Shown here one piece after another: positions 12,191-23,262 of a DNA stretch of 64,000 nt. Origin of the DNA: Schizochytrium sp. TIO01 (lineage: Eukaryota; Protista; Bigyra: Labyrinthulomycetes); NCBI GenBank assembly GCA_004764695.1, contig SMSO01000036.1, positions 806,001-870,000 on the forward strand, written 5' to 3'. A program made the translations under genes and the position numbers. A model generated the notes under the pieces. The model saw nothing but the letters and a program-made list of their open reading frames with translations. It was not told the DNA's origin and made no database searches. Numbering within the stretch: position 1 is the stretch's first letter; each line of letters starts with the position of its first letter.

Positions 12191-12932
12191 CGCTAGATTA
12201 CTGGCAAGAAGCAATGTACTCACCTACCATTATCGCACTGGGACGTGTTAGTAATGCTGCTAGCTCTTGCACCAACGAGTGAACTTTGGCACTCGGATAA
12301 ATGGGTAACAACATGAATAATTTCACGGAGTCTCAAAATCTATGAGCAAATGCGTGAGCTTCACAGACCAAGGTCAATGCACAACTCGAGGGCTTATGAA
12401 GATAGCTGAGTGCCTCTTATAGAGAGCTGAGTGACTTGGAAGCACCGCTGCTGTAAAAGTTTTCCGATTTTACTCCATTTTGTCATAATAGTCTATGACT
12501 AAGGTCTACTAAGAGTCACGGGCGCTCCCTTTATTTCAAATAAAGTTGTCTCTTATCTTCTAAATCATAGACCTGTCACTTGAAATAGAAGATAAAGCTG
12601 GCTCTCACTGAGCCTACTTTAATAAAAAATCAAACAATCAACATATTTCGGTTTGCTCAATCATGCCCGTTTCCTTGATTCTTTCTTAGTCTTGATCGCG
12701 ATGTTCTGAACCCCAATTTGATCATGGTCAACTTCAGCGCTACTCTACTATGCTGCTACGCTCAAAACTTAACCCAGACAGCAGGCAGGGGAAGGAAGCG
12801 AACGCAAGAGAAGCTCATCAGAGAGTTAGAAATGATACAAGGTGTGCAAGAAGACAAAGAAACAAATATTAGTATATGTACCTAGGGAGGCAGGTATCTC
12901 AAGTGTAAGAAAGTGGAGAAAAATGAGACGCC

Positions 12933-12995
12933 GTGCACTCTCACTAATAAGCTAAAATCTAAAATCTCTCTCTCAGCTTTGGTTAGAATCACTCA
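12933..12995 (-). repeat. Inverted copy of the dispersed ~75-bp repeat
   Basis: Reverse complement reads gagtgattctaaccaaagct...agatttt...tagtgagagtgcac. Confidence 0.45.
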
Positions 12996-13977
12996 TAGCT
13001 TTTTCGAAGTATCTGATCTTTAACCTTTAAAGGATGTTGTGTCCCAACGTATTGTTTCCACACGATAAGTGGCCAGTTCTAGACCTGCGAGTAGCGATAT
13101 GCATCAAGAGATCTATCATACTGTGAGCTTTGACCGAGGGATGATTGATCGCAGCGGTGTCTAACTCGGAGAGAGGAAGACAAAACTCGAATTCTAAATT
13201 CTCGGGGCAGCTGTCGGGGCTTTAGCCTGATTTCTTTCAATTCTTTTATTTCACCCAACACTAAAGATAGATGCTATAATTGATCTACTAGTAGGTATGT
13301 ACATAGAAGGTTCCTATTACCGACTTTACGTGCTGTGACCATTTCAAGAATAATAAAACAGATTTTAAGGCGCTGATAGTGGATATGCGGGTATGCTTCA
13401 CGCCTCTAATTTGGGTTCCTTGTCGCTAGGTAACATCAAGCCAGCAGAGCTAGCTGTACTTCTAGATTTTTAATACTAAAATATACTAAATTTTCAAAAT
13501 ATGAGAAGCAAAATGTAGTAAGTTGTTAGTACTATTGGTAGGTATTAGTTTTATTATCTAAATTGCTGCAGATGTTAAAAGGCCTGATATTGAAAATCGC
13601 TTTTTAATATTCTAGCTAGGTAGTAGTACCATGTTGGCGGGATGTGTTTAAATAGCTTTTAATAAAATTGAAAAATTGAAAGTTCTTACTAACAATTTAT
13701 TTCATATGATATATTATATGATAATTATTTTAACCCCCAAAAACTTTATAAAAATACTCTTCAGTAGTACTATATTAGTGTATTCAAGTTTTAAAAAATA
13801 AAATATTAAAGTTTAGATCATTGATTGCGCTTTAATTGGTGACAATTGGTGACAGACAGGAAGTCCCATTTCAAAGCCAAATTAGCTTCATAGCGTGTCA
13901 AGAGTCTTTGCACATCGTTGCACGGACCACCGAGTTGCAAGCCGAGGTAACCAAGTACAGCACAGGGAGTGTACAAG

Positions 13978-15498
13978 ATGAACCTCAATGCAGAGGAGCA
14001 CAAGCCTTTGCGCGTTGCTATTGTTGGTACAGGAATCTCCGGCCTGAGTGCAGGATGGCTCTTAGCCAAAGAAGGTGTAGAGGTGACGCTCCTGGAGCGA
14101 CTCGACTCTGTAGGGATGGACGCTCATTGCGTGACTGTAGAGAAGAAGGACGGAAGTAGTTTTAGATTGAATACACCCCCTCGCTCATTTAGCCGTACAT
14201 ACTACCCAAATCTCATTGAGCTGTATCGTTTGAGTGAAGTTGAAATTGAGCCGTGGAGCTGGTCATGGGTTGCTTTTGTAGTTGGATCAGAAAACCCGCT
14301 TTTACGTATGGGTAGAACCGATTGGTTCTCGGGGTGGTCAATTCCCACTTATATCAACTTACGTCAACCATGGGAAACACTAAAACTCTGGAGAGATGGA
14401 TACCGCTTCTCGACACGGTGCCAGCGAGATCTAGGTGACCCCAAATACGCAAACCTAACGTTGGAAGAATATGTTCGAGGTATTCTGAATCTCTCCGAAG
14501 CGTACATCGATAAAGTTCTCCTGCCAACACTTTCGATGGTTTGTACCTGCTCCTATGAAGCATGCCTCGCTTATCCTGCGGATTTAGTTATGCAGTTCTA
14601 TGCTCGCACATCAACAGCTGGTCAATATCGTACTCGCTACGGAACAGAGGATGCAGTTCGTATGCTGACGAGCAATGTTTCTCGTGTTCTTACTAGTGTA
14701 AGAGTACAGTGCATTGAGCCTGGTTCCAATGGACTACCAGTCGTCAAATATACTCGAGATGCAAGCAACCCCCAGCAAGATGAGCCTGGTGCTCAAACGC
14801 ATGTGACAGAGGAGACCTTTGATCATGTCATTCTAGCTACGCAAGCTAATCATGGCCGCTACTTAATCAACGATGAGAAGCTAGGACGCATTCTAGAATC
14901 TTTTTCTCACGAGGAAAGCCAGGTTGTGATCCATCAAGACCCTGTGGTTATGCCACAACGACGGGAGATGTGGGCCCCGATGAGTGTCGGAATTGCCTCG
15001 CCACTGGTTGATGAGAAGGCCCCGTCCTCTATGTTCACAATCTGGATGAACGATACATACCCGGATCTGAAACACAATTTATTCCAGACGTGGAATCCCG
15101 TGGTCGATATCGATAAAACTACCGTTATAGATAAGGCAATTACTTTTGAAAGGCCCATAATGAGAGTGGAAACACGGCAAGCACTTAAAGACCTTGAAGG
15201 GTACCAGGGTAAGAATGGTATTTGGTTTTGTGGAGCTTGGAACGCATGGAGAATCCCTTTGCAAGAAAGCGGTGTCATCAGTGCTCTTGTTGTTGCTAAA
15301 TCCATTGTCGGCCACACGCCAGTACCAGAAGCAACATGGGCTTTGCCAGAGGATGATATCAGGCACAACGAAGAGGCTCGCAATTCTGAAAAGCTTACCA
15401 CGATTGTGCGCTTTGGTAAATCTCTTTTTGTTCTTGCGGCAGTCGGCTCCCTTGTTATGATGCTCAAGCCAACAACAACAAGGCGGGCTTTCATTTAG
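13978..15498 (+). CDS. FAD-dependent oxidoreductase (amine oxidase superfamily, COG2907-like) with C-terminal membrane anchor
   Basis: ATG at 13978. Rossmann motif VAIVGTGISGLSAGWLL...VTLLE; YYPNLIEL; FDHVILATQA; VVIHQDPVVMP; YQGKNGIWFCGAW; QESGVISA; hydrophobic tail SLFVLAAVGSLVMML. Confidence 0.85.
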   Translation: MNLNAEEHKPLRVAIVGTGISGLSAGWLLAKEGVEVTLLERLDSVGMDAHCVTVEKKDGSSFRLNTPPRSFSRTYYPNLIELYRLSEVEIEPWSWSWVAFVVGSENPLLRMGRTDWFSGWSIPTYINLRQPWETLKLWRDGYRFSTRCQRDLGDPKYANLTLEEYVRGILNLSEAYIDKVLLPTLSMVCTCSYEACLAYPADLVMQFYARTSTAGQYRTRYGTEDAVRMLTSNVSRVLTSVRVQCIEPGSNGLPVVKYTRDASNPQQDEPGAQTHVTEETFDHVILATQANHGRYLINDEKLGRILESFSHEESQVVIHQDPVVMPQRREMWAPMSVGIASPLVDEKAPSSMFTIWMNDTYPDLKHNLFQTWNPVVDIDKTTVIDKAITFERPIMRVETRQALKDLEGYQGKNGIWFCGAWNAWRIPLQESGVISALVVAKSIVGHTPVPEATWALPEDDIRHNEEARNSEKLTTIVRFGKSLFVLAAVGSLVMMLKPTTTRRAFI

Positions 15499-16384
15499 TC
15501 TTAGTAAATACCTTACCAATTTCCAATGTCCATTACTGAAATGTCTCATCGGTGTAGCCTTACCTTAAGTTTAAAGAGAAATAGCTTGGACCGCAGATGC
15601 GTTGATCATTCTTTACTTCTTCTACAAACACAGAAAAACTGACTAGTGACGTAACATATTGAAACTAAAACTCCCAATTCACCTTTCCTGCTTAATATGA
15701 GATACATTCGCAGCAAGAAAAGCCGGGTTCATGATTCCCTATATGAGAAGGATACTCCATAGAACATCTACACAATAATTATGCGGACCAATTCTCAAAG
15801 CAGTGTACTATGAAAGAAACCTTCAGACAACTTGGCATCTCTAAAAGGTAGACATATTTCTTGGCATATTTTGTCGCCGAGGCTACAGCGTATGTAAGGA
15901 GGCGCCTCGTTGCTCGTTTAGGCTCATTAGCTTCGCTCGCTCCGAAGCAACATCCATAGCAATTGAAACATTAAGTCTGATTTGTTAATCGAGTCAAGGT
16001 TGTAAGGAAATACCAAAATCTAACATGGTAATTCTGGGTTTCAGATAGTTCATATACCAAACATTCTAATTCTGTCATTTTCACTTTAGTACATTTGAAT
16101 GAAATCGTGTATTCCGTTCGAAAAATGTAAAGATAAGAGCAATATTGTCCATGCAGTTAGAAATTTGCATAATTAAATGAGACCTGACAGTCATTTTGGT
16201 AGGATCGATTCAAATAGGTATAGAATGGACACGCACAAAATGCAAAACCACTCCATAGCAAATTGCTCCAGTTCTCTTGTGCCATCTTTGTTCCGATTAG
16301 TCAAATTTTATATTTTTTAATTTTTATATTTTGCAGCGGGGAAAGGAGTGGGGAGGCGGGGGTGAGAAGGTCGGAGTGCGAAGA

Positions 16385-17306
16385 TTAGTCAACAGTGACG
16401 CAGTTCCAGAGGCCGTCACCGAGGCTGTGCAGAATCTCAACGCCAACACCCGAGTCTGCAGATTTGATAGCTGACGAAGACAGCTTTGAGATGCCAATCG
16501 CAAAGGGCAACTCCTTGCCTTCAGCCATAATCTGTACCGGAGTATCTGCTGGGAAATCTCCAAGCTTGTCAGCCTGAATACCACGGCACATCAAATCGGC
16601 ACCTCCGATCAAAGGCTTGATTGCGCCAGCATCAACCCAAACCTTTGTCATAAAGTCACCAGCCTTGTACAGTAATCTTAAAGTAGGATACTGAGGTCCA
16701 TCACGGTGATTAAAAAAGAGGACCTCCTTGCTGTCTCCAGAGATTAAAAGGTTCACATGGTCTTGGCTGTTCGAAGAATTTACGTAGGGGGGGGGGGGGT
16801 AATAAATAACAATACCAGGAAATACAGAGCAACGCACAGTGCAGATTATAGATAGTATAGTCAGTATATCTTTTCACCCTATCGTTTCATTCATCCCTGA
16901 TTTCAACAAGCTGTCCCAAAATATAAGCATGAAAATTCAAGCTTCATCCTCATAACGCAATCTAGTGCTAAGTTCAAAAGTTCTTTGCTTCTTTAACCAG
17001 ACCAAACGTTTTGAAGTAGGCAAAGATCCAACTCAATTGGGAGACAAGGGCCTTCATCACACATGTGCAAGCACATTTGGTTTAATGTAAAGACCGAAAC
17101 CCGGCGTGCTATTATATTTATGATATTTACAATACTTACCATTTGGCTACCATGACCTGGGATTTTTTAGGCAAAACCTCGTCAAGAACCTCTGCAGACA
17201 GGTCGGGGTACTGATCAGCAATATTCTTCGTCAGGCCACGCTGCACGGACGACTTGACAGGCGTCGTCGTGGAGATTTGTTCACTCGCCACAAACTTGCG
17301 AAACAT
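16385..17306 (-). CDS. MCTS1: MCTS1/Tma20 (pre-PUA + PUA domain translation reinitiation/recycling factor), 2 exons, ~182 aa
   Basis: Exons 17306-17140 and 16766-16385; the GTAAGT..CAG intron splits a TGC codon. Product MFRKF...VKSSVQRG...VAKC|QDHVNL...YPTLRLLY...VDAGAIKPLIGGADLMCRG...GVGVEILHSLGDGLW. Confidence 0.93.
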
Positions 17307-17720
17307 TGTGCTTCTTCTTTGGTAGGCTCCTGTTCCTGTAAATTCGTAGCACGTGAGCCACTTGCGCCCACTTTTAGCCCCTTTCTCAATAAGACTGTGC
17401 GGCTCTAGGCACGTTTTGAGGAGCTCGACCACGACTGCTTTTGCGGCCACCCTTTCCTCTTTCCTCTTGTTTTCTCCATTCTCCTTACTCTTCCTCACTT
17501 GAACAACTAGATAGCTTGTCAAGCCTACTCCTACCAGTATCCTCTAATGTTAACCCGCGATTAGCTATCAATACCCTCACTACCGTGACTAATCAACTTA
17601 ATGAAGTACTATACTACCTACATACCTATATAAGGTGTCTTACTGCTATGAAATCTAAAACAGATTCATAGGAACCTCTACTTCTACATATATACCTCAC
17701 CTACCTCTGGGTACCTATTT

Positions 17721-17746
17721 ATCTATCTATCTATCTATCTATCTAT
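17721..17746. repeat. (ATCT)n microsatellite
   Basis: atctatctatctatctatctatctat; a similar tract lies at ~6956-6976. Confidence 0.8.
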
Positions 17747-19645
17747 CCTGATTGTTGTTTGTTCACCACGATACCAGTACCAATGGTAGTACTAAGAATA
17801 GTATTTATTTAATTATTTGTCTACTGTCAGTCATTACTGTCAAAGTAGTAGTAAGCCAGTACTATTTAGAACATCATATCATCTGCGTAAGATACTTCAA
17901 TGCTTATGCACTTTAAATTGCCTCTCATTGAATAAATTATTTTGAAGGCAATGTTGTCAACTCACTTTCAGTTGCAGGCTACTCTTCTCAATCATTTTAG
18001 GCTGATGCTTGGGCGGGAAACTCATAATACTAATGTTATCTCTGTCGCTTTCTGAAACTTGAAGTAAAACTACGTACCTATGCCTACTGAAGTATTCTGG
18101 GTTTACGATGCAAAGCGTAATGATTGCTATATATATACTCTAGGTTAACAAGAATCTGTCCAGTATATCAAGGAGTTTTCATGATATTCTTTACGTTCAT
18201 GGCGGAGGAACTTTCCATGTTAAACTTGTATCAACTTCATGAAACCTTGAAAAGAGTATTTTTTTCCATCACATATCAACATATATATAGGAAGTTTCTT
18301 TTGAACAGCTCGCTAATGAGAGCTTCCTTATTGCAATAAATAGCTCAAAACATGATGGTTCTAGGCCTGAGTAAACATGCAAATCAAAAGGGAAAAAACC
18401 AGTGTAGGTACAGCGCCTGCCCTTCGACTCATCTTTCATGCGATTCGATGAAAATTCACTGATATAACCCATGGTGCTGTACAAATCGACTTCAATTTCG
18501 TTCGAAAACCTTGCAGCTCCTCTAACCCCACAAAATACCCAAAGAAGTGACTTAGGCTCGAGACGAGACAGCCCCTTTTTGCGCTATTTTTTCTACTGAT
18601 AGTAATCTCTAGCTAGCTAGCTACCTATCTCTAGAGTCATAGTTTGAAAGAAAATAAGGAGTGATTGCCTATACTTGGCTACAGATATCAAGCAGATATC
18701 AAGCTTCTTTGTAACATATCCTAAATAGGTATTCACTCATAGCTTTCTTTCTTTCTTTCTGAGTCCTTCTGCCAGTGGTTCTTTGTGTATCATTTTTTGT
18801 TTGAATATCAAGCTAGAGGCAATTATTTACTACATCGGTAGGCACTGTAGCAGTGGTACTATTACCGATTACTGTAGAATTTTGTGTAGATGGTCCTAAG
18901 GCTAGAGCTAAGTAAATACCCAACTAAAAGGGTGTTTGGTTGATAGCACTCTCTTGTAAATCTATCACATCCTTTTGCTACCCACTACGTATGTAATGTA
19001 AAAACTCGACTGATTAATATATGGCTAATAGCTCGTATAGAAGCGATACTTGCTACTAAGTAGTTTCCACAACAGAAGAGAAAAAAACAATAAATAGAGA
19101 GAGAGAGAGATACATACCTAGAGAATACCAGAGGAAAAGCTCAAGGAAATCTGAGCTCTTGGAGACAAACCGAGACCAGAGCCTTTGCAGCACTGGGCTA
19201 GACCATCTACCCAGCCTGGTCGACCAGGTTTGCGCTTGCACTCGCTTTGGGCAGGCCGGCTTCTTATATTGTGAAAGAAAGTGGGGCTCCCGATCCCGAC
19301 TCATCTTCATTTTGGACGCACCTTCCCTTGCAGTCGGAATCTTTGTCGCTACTCACTACCATACTTTCCTTTCCTATCCTTGCCGACAAATCTACTCGCT
19401 AATTCGCTGTATTGTTCGTGATTTGCTGTATCGTCAACTAGTAAATTCTTGCTTAGCCTTCTTCCCTTGTCTCGCGTGATTTACCTGTATTGTTGCAGTT
19501 GCTTCGTTGCAGTTGCTTGGTTTATTTTGTTCTACTGCGAACCTTTATGCCGAAGTCAGACTGAGCCAAAGACAAAAGGTGAGAAGCATTTAGCAAACCA
19601 AGATTCAGATCGATCGAATCGCAAGCAAACAGATATTCAACAAAA

Positions 19646-22600
19646 ATGTACTGGTATGAGGTAGGGTGCGATATGGACATGCGCATGTCGGGGGATGTGC
19701 CTTGTTCTTTGACCTTTGGTGCTGTACATGAGGCCCTTGTGGTTGGTTGGTCAAGCGGAATGGTCAGCGTTTATGATGCCTCTAGTCTTGGGTCAGCATG
19801 GAGCAGCTTTAAGGCGCAGCCTACTGCAGTGCGACAATTAACCAGCTTGGGCATGGCAGGTGTCCTCTCTGTCAGTTCCACACATGTTTGCATTCACAGT
19901 CTAAGCGGTGCACCTTATGCTAATGCACAACTCTTACACTCCACTCGAGAAGGGCGGGAGCTTACAAGCACTCTCGTTCTGGACTCTTCTCGATTTATTG
20001 TAGGCTGCAATGCTTCTAAAAACGGTAGTAGTCTATACGAACTTGACCTTACCAGAGTAGAGTCGCAATATCTTCACAAGTTCCGGGGTGCAGTATACGA
20101 TCATGGTGTAGATTTCATGTGCCCAACTTCCCATGGTGCAATTGTATGTGGCGGAGGAGTCCCTAGTGCTGGAGGCAGTAAGGAAGCAAATGATGCTAGA
20201 GGCAAAATTGGACTTGTTGATCTTCGTGCAGGTGCCAAGACTGGAAACTTACTCACTGCTCACAGTGGAGGCATCACCGACATGGACATGTATGACACCA
20301 AGCTCCTGACGTGCGGTTTGGCACCAAACGGCATGGCAGATCGATTTGTAAAGATGTTTGATGTACGCATGCTGGCACGTCCAGCGGGTGCCCTCCAAGT
20401 GAGCTCTCGCTTCGTCCGATTTCTTGCTCCCAGTGAAGAGGTACCTGCGCTTGGACGCGCCTTCTTTGTTGGCGAGATGGGAAATATCTGTACTTATGCA
20501 GATTTGCACGAAGACGTAGCTTCAGCCCATATGGAGCAAACTGACCAAATTCATTCGGTGCAAGGCATGGTTACTGGAATGTGTGTTAGCCCTGTTGGTC
20601 GTGCAGCAGCGATTTGTGATGCAGCCGGTGTAGTACACTTATGGACAGATGATGAGGTATGGGCTCACGAAGCTCGTCCAAATATCAATGTATTTTCCAA
20701 GCCGCTTGGTGATATGCCTCCGCCTTCATTTGCATGCTCTGACAAACGAATGGATAACCTTCAGTTCTGGGAAGAAGCTAATTTTGATCTCGTATCACAA
20801 TCAATGCTTTCCAGCTGCGATGTTGACGATGTCTTGGAGGCTGGTCACGGTCTCTGCAGTGAACTTAGTCCGTTATTTATGGACAAAATGCCAACAGAAA
20901 AGAACCCACGTGAGATTCATCCTGAGATTCTTGAGCGCGCGCAGACAAAGCAAGATTTCCCGGGTCAGTTTATTGAGACCACCTCAGATGAATTTGTAGT
21001 TAGCCAGTCTTTAGTTTTCGGGAAAAAGAGCTCTCAACGTGCTTATATACACCCCAATGACGAATACAAAAATGAGTTCCACACCCCTCCTTCATCACCA
21101 AACCACCCACGTCATCTCTCACCCCGGCGCGGGTTTGAAGAACTCCTTGGTGGTGCTGGGGCGTTGAGCTCTACGTCTCATAATATCCCGGAGCTCTATC
21201 TCAAACCTCGAATCTCTCCGAGTCGCGGTGCGCCCATCCCAGTGGATTACTCTGATTTTAACCGTACAAACTTTGCTGGTTTGGAGGGAAAGCTCCCTAA
21301 TAGCTATGCAAACCCGGTTTTACAGGTGTTTTATTTCACACCAGAGCTACGTACGCTATTGCTCCCATACGTGACTGCTGATCCGAAGTGCTTGGCGACA
21401 GAAGCTGGGTTTCTTTTCCACATGCTCGATCAAGCCCAAAATGTCTTGCCACGCGATCGAGTCTGTGAAGCACGTAATTTGCTGCGCGCATTCAGACTTG
21501 CCCCGGACGTTCAAGCTTTTGGCTTACTTGAACCAAGCCCACTAGACGCGGATCAGCGTACAGCAGCCTGTGCTCGCTTTCTGTTGGAGCAATTCAGCCG
21601 AAGTCATCCCCTTCTTAAAGATGTTGTTGTCCAAACGTTTGGAATCCGGGTTACCACTCGGGAAAAATGGTTGGTACAAGGAGTTGACGATTCACATCTC
21701 ACGAGTCACTCTTTGGCACTTGACCTGGCATACCCTAGTGAACTTGCCAAAGCTGTTGCTACCGGCCGCAAGCTTCCAGAGTTGTCCTTTTTGAGCTTGC
21801 TGAGAAAAACCTTTAACCAAAGTAACAAGACGCGTTTGTGGTCAAAGCAAAAAGGAGATCAGGTTCCAGTAGTCCAGACGCGTACTGCCACCTTATTTTC
21901 TGATGTGATCATTTTGAATGCAGCTTCGCATGAAAATCGAGCCATCTATCTCCCCTTGTTTCGACAGAAAGGCAAAACTAAAGATAAAGGCAATTACGTG
22001 AAAACGTCGTTTCGAGTGAAGGCTGCCAATCCAAATACTTCTGACGCAACAATAGTTGAAGGAGTGGATGAAAGCTCGAATGATGAGAAAAAGAAGGGAG
22101 ATGTTTATGACCTTGTTGCTGTGGTATCGCATATTGATCCGACCAACCACATGATTGCGCATGTGAAAATTCATGCAGAGTATGCAGAACGCGCTGGTTC
22201 TCCAAACCTTGCAAACAAGTGGATGCTCTTCAACGATTTCCGTATCGAGCCTGTGGACGATGTGTCCAGTGTAACTGACTTTCACGATCCGTGCCGAAAC
22301 CCGTGTCTCTTCGTATACAGGCGTCGTGGAACTGAAATTAAGGAACCCGGTGTGATACCAATTGTTGACACTGCGCTGTCAGATAAGGAGGTATTCCATG
22401 CTCCGTCTGTTAGCACTGTCCCATCTCCTCGCACATTTGATCAGTTAGAACTTGATAAGCTTCCTCGTGAAGGTGATCTTGTTGCAATTGACTGTGAGAT
22501 GGTAGCTCTATCTACCGAAGAGTTTTACACAAATAGTGATGGGCGTAAAGTTGTTACTCAGGAGTCACAGCTCAGCCTTGCTCGTGTTTCTTGCACCCTC

Positions 22601-23077
22601 GAGAATGAAAAGGTGTTCATCGATGATTACATTCGCACTCCAGATGAAGTCGTTGATTACCTTACCCGATTTTCGGGATTAGTCCCTGGAGATCTGGACC
22701 CTGCCCTATCCAAGCACCATCTGGTGCCGCTTAGAATAGCTTACTTGAAGCTACGACGCCTTGTTGATCGTGGATGTATATTTGTTGGCCACGGGCTCAG
22801 GCAAGATTTCCATGTCATCAACATCTTTGTGCCACCTGAACAGATTCGCGACACTGTTCATCTTTTTCGCCTCCCTGACAATCGCATGCTCTCGCTTTCG
22901 TTCTTATCTTCTGTTGTTTTACAGCAGGACATACAAGGGAAAACTCATGATTCTATTGAAGATGCACTCATGGCATTGCGATTGTTCAAGGTTTACAATC
23001 AAGAAAAGGATCAAGGCACATTGCAGGAAACGTTGACAAAGATCTATGAGCAAGGACGTAAACGCAATTTTCGTTGA
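19646..23077 (+). CDS. PAN2: PAN2 poly(A) deadenylase catalytic subunit (WD40 + inactive UCH + DEDD exonuclease)
   Basis: FNRTNFAGLEGKLPNSYANPVLQ (pseudo-UCH lacking the catalytic Cys), WMLFNDF, VAIDCEMV, FIDDYI, VVDYLTRFSG, FVGHGL..DF, HDSIEDA. Confidence 0.95.
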   Translation: MYWYEVGCDMDMRMSGDVPCSLTFGAVHEALVVGWSSGMVSVYDASSLGSAWSSFKAQPTAVRQLTSLGMAGVLSVSSTHVCIHSLSGAPYANAQLLHSTREGRELTSTLVLDSSRFIVGCNASKNGSSLYELDLTRVESQYLHKFRGAVYDHGVDFMCPTSHGAIVCGGGVPSAGGSKEANDARGKIGLVDLRAGAKTGNLLTAHSGGITDMDMYDTKLLTCGLAPNGMADRFVKMFDVRMLARPAGALQVSSRFVRFLAPSEEVPALGRAFFVGEMGNICTYADLHEDVASAHMEQTDQIHSVQGMVTGMCVSPVGRAAAICDAAGVVHLWTDDEVWAHEARPNINVFSKPLGDMPPPSFACSDKRMDNLQFWEEANFDLVSQSMLSSCDVDDVLEAGHGLCSELSPLFMDKMPTEKNPREIHPEILERAQTKQDFPGQFIETTSDEFVVSQSLVFGKKSSQRAYIHPNDEYKNEFHTPPSSPNHPRHLSPRRGFEELLGGAGALSSTSHNIPELYLKPRISPSRGAPIPVDYSDFNRTNFAGLEGKLPNSYANPVLQVFYFTPELRTLLLPYVTADPKCLATEAGFLFHMLDQAQNVLPRDRVCEARNLLRAFRLAPDVQAFGLLEPSPLDADQRTAACARFLLEQFSRSHPLLKDVVVQTFGIRVTTREKWLVQGVDDSHLTSHSLALDLAYPSELAKAVATGRKLPELSFLSLLRKTFNQSNKTRLWSKQKGDQVPVVQTRTATLFSDVIILNAASHENRAIYLPLFRQKGKTKDKGNYVKTSFRVKAANPNTSDATIVEGVDESSNDEKKKGDVYDLVAVVSHIDPTNHMIAHVKIHAEYAERAGSPNLANKWMLFNDFRIEPVDDVSSVTDFHDPCRNPCLFVYRRRGTEIKEPGVIPIVDTALSDKEVFHAPSVSTVPSPRTFDQLELDKLPREGDLVAIDCEMVALSTEEFYTNSDGRKVVTQESQLSLARVSCTLENEKVFIDDYIRTPDEVVDYLTRFSGLVPGDLDPALSKHHLVPLRIAYLKLRRLVDRGCIFVGHGLRQDFHVINIFVPPEQIRDTVHLFRLPDNRMLSLSFLSSVVLQQDIQGKTHDSIEDALMALRLFKVYNQEKDQGTLQETLTKIYEQGRKRNFR

Positions 23078-23262
23078 TCTGTATCTCACTTCCTTCGTTG
23101 TCTTCGTATGTTTGGAATATAAAAAATTAAAAAAAAAAGAACTCACTTTTTACAATCTAGTCAATCCAAATTAATCGACCAAAATTCTTATAACAGAAAG
23201 CGAACAGACAGAAATAAGTCGCTCGTTTTAATTGATGTTTTATCTAATGGAAGGAAACATAT

